Origin: Saccostrea echinata
Taxonomy: Eukaryota
Reading direction: 5' to 3'
Length of the DNA: 64,000 nt
Assembly: GCF_033153115.1 (NCBI RefSeq)
Contig: NW_026889757.1
Location: forward strand, 8,742,001-8,806,000
The notes under the pieces were generated by a model that saw only the letters and a program-made list of their open reading frames with translations, ran no database searches and had not been told where the DNA came from. Position numbers and translations under genes: made by a program. This document shows, one piece after another, positions 50,001 through 63,425 of this stretch. Each line of letters starts with the position of its first letter. The stretch's first letter is position 1.

Positions 50001-53000
50001 CATATTGTCCACAGCATTCTACCAGCTCCAAAGAGATACTGCCAGCAATGTCCTACACAATTACAAATGTAATATTGCAGTTTTTTATGATAGTAATCAT
50101 TTGATACATGAACATAAATAATGTATAAACAAGGTCCAAAAGCATCTTCCTCCTAAATTGATTAGCCAATTATAAATAAGCGCACTTGAGTCTTAAAAAT
50201 GACAAGAATAAGTAATAATGTATAATTATACTTATTACATAAACATAACAAGTATAATTAAATAATGTATTAGCATAAGCATGAATTAGCAGACATGAAG
50301 TAGTGCGAAAAGAGCTAAAATATGATCTCTGCTAAAATAAATACTTGTTTACAGTACACTTTAGTCACATGAGTGATAAAACACAAAGGCCATAAGAAGG
50401 CAATCAATTAGTTTTCCAAATTTTATCAAATGTTGCCTAATTTGCATCAAATTTTAGGTACTTCACAAGCCCAATATAGATTTCCACACAAGATGTATCT
50501 GTAACTAGTGCAGAAATAAGTAAATTCTGTTGGGAATTCATTGTCATATACACAGAATGTTTTAAGTGATGCAGCATACTTACAGAGAAGTGGTTCTGCA
50601 GAGCCACATTAAGTCCTTGTACAAGACATTCCGAAGCCTGGGCCAGATAGTGGTGGCATATATCATCATGTTTCTGGAAGTACACATAAGAAGTGATCTT
50701 TAAATCATTTCTATCAAGGTCTCTAAAAAAAGCTGAAATTTACTGGTTCTTTTTACAGTTGAGTTGTTTCATTATGGTAAAATGATTTATTACACTATAT
50801 TGACCCAGAAAAACATCAGCCAATTTTGAAAAAAATATTACAAAAGCTATACTTGGATCTCCTACCTTGATTTTCTTGATCTGTTTGGTGTAGCGCAGGA
50901 ACTGATTAGACTCCTGGTCCTCACTGCGTTCTGATGCCTGGTCCTCTGGATGCTCTATCCTGCTCAGCTCCTAGATACACACAAAACACATAAATTGCAG
51001 AATTAATGTCAAATAAATGTATTGCAGTTTATACCTACATGTACATAGTCTTTACAACTTTCTGAAATTATAAACTCACCATTTCATGTACCACCCATTG
51101 AGTTGGTGGATCAGGACTAGCATATAAGGCAAAGGCATGTAGAGTTTTTCCTACTCCACACAAAGCCTGTAAGTAAGTGGACAAACAATAATACAGTTAT
51201 TCTCTCAAATAATTTTACATAAAATATGCCAATTGAAAACACATTCTTTGATTTACTATAGTTACTGTAGTTTACTACACTATTTTTTTTAATCAGGGTT
51301 GTCCATTCTTTGACAACAGAAACTGATTGACTTCTAACAAGAAATACAGTTTTCTACATTGATGCTCATAAAGACAGGACACCAGGAAGTGAGGGAAAAA
51401 TCATTACAGCAGGATGCCTGGGGGTGTCGGAAGGCTAATTACAGATCTTTGTAGTCTTACCCTGGCCCTCAGCTTAAGAATATGTCCAGACATGTTGTGG
51501 GCAGAGACAAACTTCAGCAGGGCATCCTCAGCAATTACCCTTCAAAATAAGAGTTAATATATTGGTAGAAGATAAATCAATGTAGGTATTTGAAATTCAA
51601 AATACAATGTTAAAAAAGAGGTAATTATACTCACTTTGTGGCATCCAGCCATTCTTTTTCCATGTGAGAATAAAACTGTGGGGTTGTACTGATAAAGTCC
51701 TCCACCATCTTAAAAATCAAAAACATTGTATTTCTAAATGAATTTACTAGTACATTTTATAATCCTATTTTTGAAATGATTTTAATCTCCCTAGAGTTCT
51801 GAAGAGATATTTTTATAATGAATTTTTGGTGGTAATGCAATATGTTTAAAGGTGCAACCGTTGGGGCGAGCGCAGTTGTATTTATTACTGGATACCATCA
51901 AACACCTTTACATTTTACACTTTCTACTTCATTCCATCTCTTCAAACAGCACAAGACCAGTCTAGATTGTGATGTCACATGACGTTTGTTAATTGCACTT
52001 CCATAACAGAGTCTAAATAGTGCAATTTTTTAACAAAAGGCATCATAGAGAGGTGCAATTAGTTTTGTTTCCTTAAAGCTCTCAGTAGAACCCAATCTTC
52101 ACAATAACTGCAGTATTGGTATATTCACTATCAATGCATAGAATTGTGGTAGCAAAAGAATTCTGAGAAGGTTTCACACCAAATTTGCTTGACGAATGTA
52201 CAGATTTCAGTTTGAATTTTCTCTGTTCTTACAAAGTCTAAAGAGCTTGCTTTACTTCATACCACTCTTTGCACTATCTATTAACTGGAAAAAAATGTGT
52301 CGCCCAATTCTTGCATCTTCAAAATGATACACAAAGCCAATTCACAAGACATTCCTTCAATGTGTTTGATCTGATATACCAGGAGTATCCAGTTTGACTT
52401 TACCTTGACCACTGATCCTTTCCTGAGATCTTCAAGTTGTTGAGATCGAGTCTCCTTTGCATGAACTCTGAACAACTCAAGCATGACCTCTCCACACACA
52501 ATGTACATGTCTGCTAGTTCCCTCTGGGTGGGCAAGCTTACGTTACGCACCTGAAATAAACAAAAATACTGAGTAAATATATGGCAATGCTTTGATTTCA
52601 GTTGATCTCAAATTCTTCTGTACTCTGCTTTGAATATAGTATATGTATTAACCTTAAAGGTCAAAACAAAACAAATTATTATAAAAAATCCCCAGTACAT
52701 GTACTCTGTTTCTTTCAAAAAATAATAATAAAATAAAATAATTAAATGAATAATAATAATAATAAAAAGACCAAAGTTTCTCTATTTCTAGATATAATTT
52801 TTCAGTCACCTCTTGCAGTGAAGTGAGGGTTAGTGTATCCCAGAAAGTCTCCTCAGCCAGATTAACCCCCTCCTTCAGCACCATCATGGACTGTAGATAG
52901 TAGGTATGTATTATCTCCTTTTCTATTGAGTGTCTTGCCATGTTACACAGCACCATGGCATGTTCCTTCATCACAGGGAAAGCTTCTCTCTTGTAGCCTA

Positions 53001-56000
53001 ACTTTATCAGTTTCTCTGTGGAGGACTCAAATTTCTACATGGAAAAGAACAAAAACATCTGCAATTTTCCTTCTAAAATTTACTAGTGGACAAGGACTTA
53101 ATTTGAGAAGAAATCAATCCAAAATTTTCATTCAATATGAGGAAAATTTATGGAAGTATGAGCCAGTCTAGGAGAGATGTTACCTTTATAAAATTTTCAT
53201 CTTCAGCAGAAATTGGCATTTCAAATTTTGCACCATATAATACACTACATTTGATTGCATCTTTCTCCACCTTCTTTTAGAAATTATCATCATTTAAAGA
53301 AAAACTAATTTCACTGAGCAGAGAGTTGTTCCCCCTGAAATTCCTGTATATGACTGACCTCACATGCAGCCAGCATTTTCTTCATGACTTTGGGATCATT
53401 GATGTCCTTGTCTCCACTGAGTATGACCTGTGTCTGGACACTGGCTAGTCTGTGAAAATGTCAAACAGTATTCATCACTTGTACAATATATAATTAGATT
53501 TTCACATATTGTACTAATCTATCAACCATACAGGTGAATAAAGTTCTGAATTTCTTTTTTTTTTTTTTGTCTGCCAAGACTGTAGATTTGTGATTTTCAT
53601 CAGAGCCTTTTCTACTCACTTGGCCTCCAACATGGCAAGGATATAGATATTGACACTTGTTCTGTTTGGTCTTTCATCAGCAATTCTCTGGAACTCATTG
53701 ATACTGTGAACAAGTATTCCTCTGGCCTGGTGACAAAAATTTCATTATTTTCACAATCACATACAAATACAGTGCCTGCATGACCAGGATATTTCCAGTA
53801 CTATTGATTTATAAAAAAAAAATCAGTAAAACCATTTTGAACTCACAATTCTCTGTGCTTTACGATTCTCATAGTCTTTCAAAGTGGCCTCTACCATTAG
53901 CATACTTGTCTTGTACCAGAACATCTCATCACCATTATATTCTCTCTGTGTAGAGATATGTAAGCATTTTAGAGTTCTGTACAGATTGAATACAGTTGAC
54001 AAAATTACAAACTTTTGACATTATAATAAGTTAACATAGAATGATTTTATTCATATTCAAATGAAATAAATAAAAGCTCTATATATAGTTGAATGATACA
54101 AACCTGTGCTTCGAGAGCTAAATTAAAAGCCTGCTTGTACTGAGCTTCCTCCAATGACAACTGGCCCAACAGATACAAGATTCTGCCTCGTAAAACATTG
54201 TCTTCAAAGGCCTGAAAAAATACAAACAATTATATCAAATGTATCCCAAATCATTATTGAAGATATGATATTCTGCATTTGCTGTTATAGTAGTATTAAT
54301 TGTAACACCATATTTTGATTGCTGTGGTTCTTACCAGGGCTGCGTTATTGGCTTCATTCAGGAATTCCCTGGCACTCTGGTAGTGACACTACAATGATAA
54401 AATAAGAATACATAGTAACTCCTGACATCCCTTTGTAGACAGATCATAAAGTTCTGCATAGAATTTGTTTATGATAGTCTTACCTGTCTAATGAGCAGCT
54501 CTGCAGTGTCAGTCCATACATCTCTGTATGTAATGTTACCCAGAGTTTTACCAAGATGGGACTCGATTGTTTCCTCCTAAAAATGAAATTACTCAATATT
54601 TCACATTTGATTATCTTTTTTGCCCAGTCACCTGATATTGCCAACTGTTTGATCAGCTGATTTCCCTGATTATTCCCCTTTATTAAGATCTCCATTGTCT
54701 TACCTTGTTTTCTAGGAGGGATGTCCCTCCTTTGTTGGTTGCCCTCTTGGTCAGCTGACTCCCCCTGCTCTCCTCGGCTAGTTTGGCCAGCGACTCCTTT
54801 ACCCTGGCTTCTTCTCTCTCCACCTGCATCTGTTTCTCCTTCCACAAGGTTATTTCATCTCTCGACCTAAAATGCAAAATAATAACACAGTAATTTCACT
54901 GTAAGTCAAATACACTGATCTGGTTTTAATCATCCAACTGAAGTAAAATTAAAACAAAAATCATAATATTTGCAGTAAGAGGTGCAGTATTCATATTTAT
55001 GGCCATGCATGGTCTACTGGTTTATATCATAAAACATAAAAATGAATCTGAGTGTATAAATTGTATTTTTTCTTTCCATACACATTATAATGTCCTTTTA
55101 AACTAATACTCACAGTGCCTGATGTTCCTCATTCAGTACAACAGGACCTGCTGTTTTCTCATGGAAGTTGTATCCATTCTTCAAGTTCAACTCCAAACAC
55201 ACTTCAGCAGCCCTTGAAAAAAAAAAATGAAAATGTGAATGCCATTCTTTCAAAAATACTTAAAGATTTTGCTATGCCAACCCCCCCCCCCCCCCCCCCT
55301 TCCCCTTAAAGATTACAAATTCTTTGATAAATAGATCCGTTACAAAAAACTGAGACTGTACAGTCTGCTTACTTTGCATGAACTAGAACATGGAGGGGCT
55401 CACACTTCAGTAAATCTCTGGACATCAAATCTTCAAAGGCCAGGACTGGTAATGTCAAGTGATTGTAGCCAATATCCCTCAAACAGTTCACCAGAGTGTC
55501 CAGGTAGTACAAAGTCAGCATCTATGGTTGAAATGAAATGTAACATTAATATCAATCAAGAAGCAACATTTTCTTAAGATATCAGTCTAAAGACATTCAA
55601 GCTATTCTAACAAGATAACTGCATATCATATATCTGAAACAAAAATGCTTTGATAGTACGCTAAATTGTATAAAACTAATTGATGGTTATAAACAATAAA
55701 TAACTTACCGGCTTCTGAATAGTATGGGAGTTAATGCCTGTCACCTTCATCATTTCATGATGGAATGCTTCAATAATCTATAAGTAAAACATTCAAAATT
55801 ATTTAGATTGACCCCTTTCTTGTTTCAATAATCTATTTGTAAAACATTCAAAATAATTAGACTAACTGCCCCCTTTATGGCAATAGGAAAGTTTTCTGCA
55901 ATATCAAAAACATTTTATAAAAAATGTTTAAAAAATGCACTGGAGGCAGTAACTAAAAAATAAAAATAAAGCTGAAACATTTACAAAAATTTGCAGTTTT

Positions 56001-59000
56001 TTCTTCTAACCATACTAACAATGAACAATAATATTGGGTATAACAGAGATATACAAAAACAAATAACTCTAAAACACTCACCTCATCAGGAATGTCATAC
56101 TGTGCCCATTCCTCCACAGTGCTGGGCAGTGTGTCCAGTGGGCCCTTCCTCTTGGGCTTTTCTTTGACGGGCTCCTTTTTCTCATCCTTCCCACCCTTGC
56201 CTTTCCCCTTGGCGGACACAGCATTTTTATCTTCAGCTGCAGCTGGGGGATTTTTGGCAATTTCCTTCATCACTGGTCCAGATATTGGAACTGTGATCTG
56301 AAAGAAGAGTTCCACAAAATCTGTACACTTTTTAAAGCTGTATGTTTAAGAAGTGTCAGTAGTTTTGCTTTAAAAAGACAAATAAGAAAATTGAAGGGTA
56401 CAAAAGTTTGATTATAAATGAATTATTGTTGGTTCAATAACAATGAAGTTTGTGTCTTTTACAAGTATTTCACTTGTGCAATATAGCAAACATTTTCTAA
56501 TATATAATTGCTATACAAACCTGCCAAAGTCTAACGAGATAGGCATGGGCCATGAGGAGATAATCCTTGTAGTCTTGAGATGAGCGTCCAGCTAATTCGG
56601 CCAGCAGGACATGGGCCCTAAACAGGCCATCAATCTGTCGAACATCATCCAAGTCATTAATGGTCAGAGAAGGGTTGTTGGGCAGCACACCTGTATTAAT
56701 TGAGGTCAAAAAAGCAAACATTATTACTCAATTATATTTTAAATCATACAATAATGAAAACTGGTTAGTGCTACAAAATTGTTTCAATATCTCCACAAAA
56801 AGCAAAATATTTTATTGAAGTAATGTTTTTTTTGAATACATAACATTAATTCATGTGTAATTCTTTTTAGGACTGAGTATAAAAAATAAAAGATGAATGA
56901 ACTTCAAAATTGACAAATTATAAAGTTACCACTGACCAATGACTGCCTGTTTAGCAATAGGGATGATGCCTTCAGCCATCAGATCACTGTCAGCTTCACT
57001 GGTCACACTCTTACTGTCAGAGGCAGCATCAGATGATTTGTCCCCAGGGATGGGGGTTTTACTCAGGGTAGGCATTTGGGCTGGCTTAGCCTTGGCAGAC
57101 CCCTTTCCTGGTCTTTTCTTGTCTGCCTTTCCTTTTGCTGCTCCTATTATGGGTGTAAATTTTTTTTAATCTAGAGACACTTAAAACATTACCTTTTTCC
57201 TTGGTTGTCATAAAAATGTGTGTACAAGGTATTATGTTATGTGAACATATTTTGATATAAAACCCTCCAACAAAATATGAATGATAAATTTTATTTTTAC
57301 CAATACATGTACCTATATTTTATACTTGCCAAAAAAAATTAAAGTGTACTCATCATACAATTACAAAGTAGATAGTGTAGAATAATTGTTTTTAAGTGAG
57401 CACCTCATAGCATTAGATAAAAGAAAGTTTTGAAAGGGAAATGATGATATTGTTGATGACAACTTGTTGCTTAATGAAATATATTTTAAAGAATGAAAGA
57501 GTGCAAAACTTTCCACTGAGAAAAATGTGTTTCAGATTCTAAAAGAAAAAACGGGATATAGGGTGTAATGATAAAACATATTATAAGTGGTAGTTTGATT
57601 CTATTTTTATTTTAATTTATTTGTTGAATAAAAGTTAAATAAAACATATGGTTAACTACAGACAAATAAGAAAAAATAGATTCTATGCTACACAAAGTAA
57701 AAACAAAGATCTGAGATAGTGCTATAACATACTAGTACTTGAAGCATCAGCTTCTAATTAAACAAAAGATGTATAATTGTTCATTGTTCAGGGTGAAAAA
57801 CAATAGCTTCACAACATAGTGTGCAGGGTACTGTAAAACTATTCATCTTGTTTACAATTCAAAATCACAAACAGATCAATGTGCACTTCTTGATGGCTAC
57901 TTAAAATCATACAGAGTAGTCATGCACATATCAAATGTGTAATTGGATACTGCATGAAGATTATAAAGTTAACATTTTTTGACTACTGCAACTCTTTTGA
58001 GTACCGCAACTGTGAAAACTTATTTGATTTTCAATAAAGTCATGCAGTATCATACTCTGAAAGACAACAGCTAGATGTAATCTAATTTTTGGAGCTACAT
58101 TTTTTTATAAAGAGTATGGGTATAAGAAAATACTGAATTCATTATCACTAAAAGGTTTGCTATAAAAGAGAGTGCAAGGAGTGAAGAGTGTGCATGACAT
58201 TGACTGTGTACCTTTGCCACGTCTCCCAGCAGCAGAGCCTTTTTTTGCTGTGTATGACAAAACAAAACAAATCAGAACACCCTACCATGCTGTGTCATAC
58301 TACATATCACATGTCTGTGATGCCAACATGTGCTGCATGCAGACATTTTCAATTTGTCTTTTCATCCATTTTAATACTCTAGTTAACAGACATATTTAGA
58401 GGAAAACTAAAAATAATAATTATGATCAATTTCTTTACATGCATCTTATTTTTCCTTTAAAATAAAAAAAAGAGCAATATTTGGCAATAGAGAGCAGAAC
58501 TAGCATTAAAAGTCATAATATACATGTATATTATAAATTTAAAAATTCTCCTTCCTCTTTATTTGTTCTATTATAGAAAAAATTTTTATGTAGAAATTTC
58601 AAGCTTAAGTCAATGAACCAATTAAGATAAAAAAAAAATTATATCACAAATTTGAAACAGATGAAAGCCAAGCAATAAAAATTCTAGCCCATCCCTTGGA
58701 TGCTAAACATTCTACACAGGAAACACACTTACGGGTAGATTTTATATCAACTGAAGACATTGCTGTTGTAAGGAATGTTACAAGTCAACAAAAATACAGA
58801 GAAATGTAACATTTTATTTGAATATTCAGGAACCTTTGTATTATTAAAGTTGTTTAATGTGCAAAAAAAATTTAACCACTTCTTTCTTTCATGATTGACT
58901 CCTTTGCAGCACGAAGTGCATTTTTTGCTGATTTTCTAATACCATACTTCAATCCATCTCCGATTAAATAAATAGAATACATGAGAATCTCTTAAGAAGT

Positions 59001-62000
59001 GTGTAATTCTCTGACCTGCTTCTGCCTCCTTTTTGAGATCAGTTTCTGTCTTCATGTTTAACATGATGTCCACTGCCCATTCCAACTGGTCAATAGCGTC
59101 CTGGAGGGGGAACTCATTGGAATACAGCCATTGTCCAAACTCCAGCAGGTAGTCCACCTTAAGCCACTCATTGCTTGGACTCTACAATGGTCAAGTGATC
59201 ATATTTTATTAAAAATAATAGAGATTGATATGCTCTCTTTGAATGAAGAACATGTATTATAATATGAATGAATTAATATGAAATAATGCCTTTTTCCTTG
59301 CATAAAATCCTCATTTTATATAGGATGTTTTATATAGGACTATATGATGGAAATTTCGAGAAATGAGACAAGAATGACAGAAAAAATATTATTATCTTGG
59401 CTCATATCATCATTTAAAGTTATTAGTACTTCCATAAAACTTTGATATATATATATATATTTTTAAAAAGATATCATAGCACTTAAAATAAATACAATCA
59501 TGTAGTTTCCTTACATTCAGGGCCTCAATGGCTGCCTGGTAGGAGATAAGCTGTTCAAGTGTTTCTTTTGAGCTCAGGGCAACCCTTCTCCACATGTGAG
59601 CTACATAATCCTCACTCTCATCCTGTGACAGAAAATCACAGAAAAATTACAAAATAAAATCAACATATAATTCATTGTACAGAACTACTAGTTATAGCAT
59701 AGCCTGAGGTGTTGCATTCAAAATATAAATATTCAATATTTCATTCTTAAAAAAAAGAATTTAACATTAAATTAAATATTATTTTTTATCATTAGAAGTA
59801 TTGAAAATCTATAGGATATAATACTGGCTTTTAATAAAAAAAATTTAAAATATTTTTTATAAAATTTAAAACATTTTATTAACAAATAAAAATTTCATGA
59901 TTACACTAGTTTACAAATATTCAACTATTGCTTGGAAAAACTGAACTTATTGAAGCAAGGAGGAGGGTACATCTTCACATTACTCTATCTCTCTTTGTAA
60001 GCTTGTTTTTGATCCATTGGAATCTAATCTATAGATTTTCCAAGTACACATGACTTAATTTTGACAAATTTTATAGTGTATGAATGGCTTAATGCTTGAC
60101 ATTGTGATGAGAGTTTACAAAATAAATATATTCACAAGGAAGTTTGCAAAAGGCAAAATGTGGAGTTTTAAATTACATTATTTTGTAACTTTTTTATGAA
60201 AGTTTAATTTGTGTTGTTAATATCCATTGTTGTAGATAAAACATGTTCTGACTTGCATATTTAATACATGATTATTTGCATTTCTGTTTTCTCTTTGATA
60301 ACTCTCTGAAAGTTAAGTGTGTTTAATGTTTTGATATTTACAATTGAATGCAAATTTCACCAAGTGAAAGGTCAAGTGTCTCATATGCATGCCAATTTCA
60401 TGAGCTGTCAAGGTGTCTGACACATCAGAGGGCGGGGACTATGGAAATTAACATGGAATGCTTCATGTTTTTCATTTCTATTAGACAACATTTTTTATTT
60501 ATCTTTGCATTTTTATTTCACATATACATGTAAATACATGTATGAACCACTGTCTAGTTTTTTTGGGTATGCCAGGGATATTAACAATAGTTGGATGTGG
60601 TGGATAATTTTATTAATTTAAGTGCAATGGGCAGAACTTTTTGAAGTGTGGGGTTCAGCTGAAAGTAGGGGTCCACAACATACTGTATGTGTACCTCAAA
60701 AAGCTGGCTTGATATTTTAGAGGCTTTGGCGCAGATAACGATGCGCTAATTCATGAATACCACAAAGAAATCATTTATAAATACAATATATGGTACGGAC
60801 ATGTATAGCGCTAATTCATGATTTTGCAAACAACTCCTTACAGAGTGATTGTGCTAAATTTTGAATACGCCAATTTATGTACACGTACAGTACTCTGGCC
60901 TCATATTTAAAAAAAAAATTTCAATAAAAATTTTAAACTTTCAGAAATGTATCCCTCTTCACTTTTGGAACATATACATTCTGCCTTTTTGAACTTGATA
61001 TGTTCAAATTCTTGCGACAAAACTCGGGAAAAAAAGCCAAACAAGCCTTCGGGAATTTGTTTATAACTGGATTGTGCTGAGTGCATTGTAAACATTGACA
61101 TTCTCTGGTGCTATAAGCAGTATATAGTTTTACACCATAATGTCAGACATTGCCGCATTTGTGTTTTGCTTTCTTTTAAAAATGTAGAAACTTCAAACGA
61201 AACTTTTTCATATTTTCTAAGCTACATGGGGAGACACAAAATTTGGAGGAAGGCAGTGTCAATATGTATCATAGCATCTGTGTTGTGTAAGCTCTATTAT
61301 ATTTACTGTCACTTAATCAAGCTACAATTTCTCATTCTTGTTTTGCTTTACCTCTTCCTGCAGATGCAATAAAACATCACATTTATTAGAATTAAATTAA
61401 AAAATTCATCATTAAAAAAGTGCTTAGTTCCACCCCCCCCCCCCCAATCAATGAAAGTCTGGCTTGAAATGTTTGTCAATTATCAAACCCTAATGATATA
61501 TTTCTGAAACAGTGCATTAATCTTCAAATGTATTAAAAATTTAAGACAAACACAACCACTACTTGCATTTAAAAAATAAAAATAAAAAAATTATTAAAAT
61601 CAATAGTTTATATAAAACCTGATAAAGCGAGACTCAAATCTCAAAATCAACATTGGATATAAGACACTTTAAGCATGGACCTAGTGAAATAAAGACACTT
61701 CTATAAACACTATAATAAAATATAACAATAACTTCCTGAAAATAAATCAATGCATCAAGTAACAAAAACTGTCCAACATTCTGTAAAGTAAATCCAGACA
61801 AAAATAATTTTTCAGATGAATTCACTTACTCTTCTTCCATAGAGCTAATATATCATAATATTTGGATTGAATGTTAAGTACATGTTAAATAGCAACAATA
61901 CAAAATCTTTATTAATTGTGAAACATTGAAACATTTGAATTTCTAAAAACATCGTTGTAATTAGAGAGATTAGTTATCTGTGATGACTGAAGAATAAACT

Positions 62001-62791
62001 CTAATTATAGTACCTTGAATTTCTGAATATCCATGTTAACTCTTCGTCCTAGCTTTGCTTTGGTCATAACCCTGTGCTTAAATATCAGTCTACAAAAAAT
62101 AGTTATTTGATTAAGTATATGATTTCTTTACATTTAATAACATCATAATCTCTGTAATGATTTTTTAGAATTAAAAATAGATCAATTTGACAAGGCAGAG
62201 CACTTTCATTTCAATGCCATGAAAATAAAGCAAAATATGTTTTGTTTCATTTAGAGTTCAGAGTTAAATCTACAATTTGTGCTTGATTCATAGTTTGACA
62301 ATACACTTACAGTCTGTGCTTGGTCCGTGGCATATCATTAATGGCCTGGTCCATAGCTTGAAGGCCCTCCTCCCATTGTTGCTAATGAAAAAATTCAAAA
62401 AAATCATTGAATTTCAAAGTTAACTTACTTTTCTAATTCTTTATAGATTAAAAAAATCTTTCTTTATGACAATGTCTCCTAAAGAAAAGATACCAAATTA
62501 TTTCATATAAATTCCCCATGAAACTGAAATCCCATGTCTAGTACATGCCATAAGTAAGACTTTGAACTAGCTTTCATGGGATGTTTTTCTTCATTACCTC
62601 ATTCTAGGGATACTTTGTATGTGTAGGCTTACTTTGTCAGCATAAGACTGGAAAAGGACTCCATACATGGAGGCCCTCAGTGTCAGATCATCCTCTGGAC
62701 TGCCAATCGTGGAACTTTTTGGTTTCTCGGGGGCTGTCTCCACACCTTGATCATCTTCTCCTCCCTCTTCCTCATCCTCTTCTGTCTTCTC
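39215..62791 (-). CDS. CFAP46: Cilia- and flagella-associated protein 46 (TTC40), 5'-incomplete
   Basis: About 40 exons traced (plus coordinates, transcript order): 62633-62791, 62311-62381, 62014-62089, 59515-59622, 59016-59181, [58877-58927, 58733-58750, 58212-58247], 56930-57143, 56521-56690, 56082-56297, 55709-55777, 55373-55521, 55114-55212, 54704-54866, 54484-54576, 54335-54388, 54104-54211, 53847-53945, 53620-53726, 53359-53449, 52810-53034, 52404-52550, 51635-51708, 51461-51539, 51080-51166, 50866-50970, 50584-50673, 49963-50052, 49443-49625, 49167-49264, 48926-49017, 46677-46867, 46298-46419, 44719-44933, 42601-42704, 42333-42393, 41961-41996, 41642-41744, 41154-41266, 40673-40754, 40421-40557, 39215-39468. 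Frame was checked only for some junctions. Recognised segments: MWRRVALSSK..YQAAIEAL..KVDYLLEFGQWLYSNEFPLQDAIDQLEWAVDIML, LPSTVEEWAQYDIPDE, LLVDSMLMHMPLEAL..RDFSLSLFHHR, VDTMNFRYIVD, LMSNQW, YNMVCYGLPNL. Confidence 0.87.
41997..42332 (-). other. Probable U12-type GT-AG intron in CFAP46
   Basis: Minus-strand 5' site GTATCCTTC (plus 42324-42332); branch-like TCTTTAAC (plus 42007-42014) about 10 nt before the AG; no polypyrimidine tract. Splicing gives VDTMNFRYIVDSHLD. Confidence 0.78.
45051..45277. mobile_element. TA-flanked MITE
   Basis: TA|TCGTATAAGTGGAAATTTTAGCGA ... TCGCTAAAATTTCTGCTTTTACAG|TA. Confidence 0.6.
45405..46340 (-). repeat. ~50-bp minisatellite (~19 copies) containing a CFAP46 exon end and donor site
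   Basis: Minus-strand unit TATCTTAAACCCCTCACCTCCCAG(C/T)TAGTGGGGCTTCTGA(C/T)|GTAAGTCAT. The copy at 46291-46340 is coding (YLKPLTSQLVGLLT). Copies recur every 50 bp (46041, 46091, 46141, 46191, 46241) and decay with distance. Confidence 0.92.
46965..47138 (-). mobile_element. Truncated SINE-like interspersed repeat fragment
   Basis: Simple-repeat tail (TTTC/TTG) followed by TTTTCACTCATATGGAGACATCACC..GGAGGGCTGCAAATTTAG. It resembles an abundant oyster repeat from memory; not verified. Confidence 0.45.
47146..48463. mobile_element. Foldback-like element with long modular inverted arms (84-bp units with internal palindromes)
   Basis: Ends TGTTGCAACCACTATTGAAATAACGACCACT ... AGTGGTCGTTATTTCAATAGTGGTTGCAACA. 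Each ~450-bp arm has ~5 units (48153, 48237, 48321, 48405) containing CACTATTGAAATAATTATTTCAATAGTG. AT-rich unique core of ~400 bp. Confidence 0.85.
60683..60890. mobile_element. TA-flanked MITE
   Basis: TA|CTGTATGTGTAC ... GTACACGTACAG|TA. Confidence 0.6.
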
Positions 62792-62856
62792 CTGCAAGTA
62801 AGAGGAGAAATTAGTAGCCACAATTTTATCTAAAGATATGTTGAAGAAACTCAGTT

Positions 62857-63125
62857 AAACAAGATGTGTTTGTGAAACACTGATGCCCCTGTATGGCAAC
62901 TCATAACAAAGGATAAACTTTCTCCAATGCAAATCAAATAAATTGGTACCCAAAGCAAGGTCTTGTCTCGAGGAATATATCTGTGAAATATGAAAACCCT
63001 AGCAGCAACCATTGAATAGATATGGAAAAGGTTAAAGTTTTTCAAAAGTAAGTCAAACATCAAGGTCAAGTTCAAATGTCAAAATTAATGGTGCCCAAGG
63101 AAAGGCCTTCTCACAAGAAATACAC

Positions 63126-63156
<31 letters not shown>

Positions 63157-63271
63157 AAAGGTCCAAGTTGTTGGAATCCAAAGGAAGGTCTTGTCACAAG
63201 GACTACATATGTGAAATATGAAAGCCCTAGCACTAACCGTTCAAAAGTTATGGCCAAGGTTAAAGTTTTTC

Positions 63272-63302
<31 letters not shown>

Positions 63303-63425
63303 AAGTGTCAAAGTTTTTGGTATTCAAAGAAAAGTCTTGTCACAAGGATTACTCATGTGAAGTATGAAAACCCTAGCACCAATTGTTCAAAAGTTATGGC
63401 CAAGGTTAACGTTTTTTCAAAAGTA
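62857..63425 (-). mobile_element. HINE-type element, same family as 11502-12910, interrupted at 63424
   Basis: AAACAAGATGTGTTTGTGAAACACTGATGCCCCTGTATGGCA is nearly identical to the sequence at 11502; tandem GGTCAAACTCCAAGGTCAAGGTCA units follow. Confidence 0.8.

Noticed and set aside
51846-52076. Possible TTAA-flanked (Kolobok/piggyBac-like) element
   Set aside because: I could not find matching terminal inverted repeats beyond 2-3 bases.
57193-57199. Possible extra CFAP46 microexon (AG|GAAAAAG|GT on the minus strand)
   Set aside because: Seven nucleotides would break the frame, and the acceptor context is weak.
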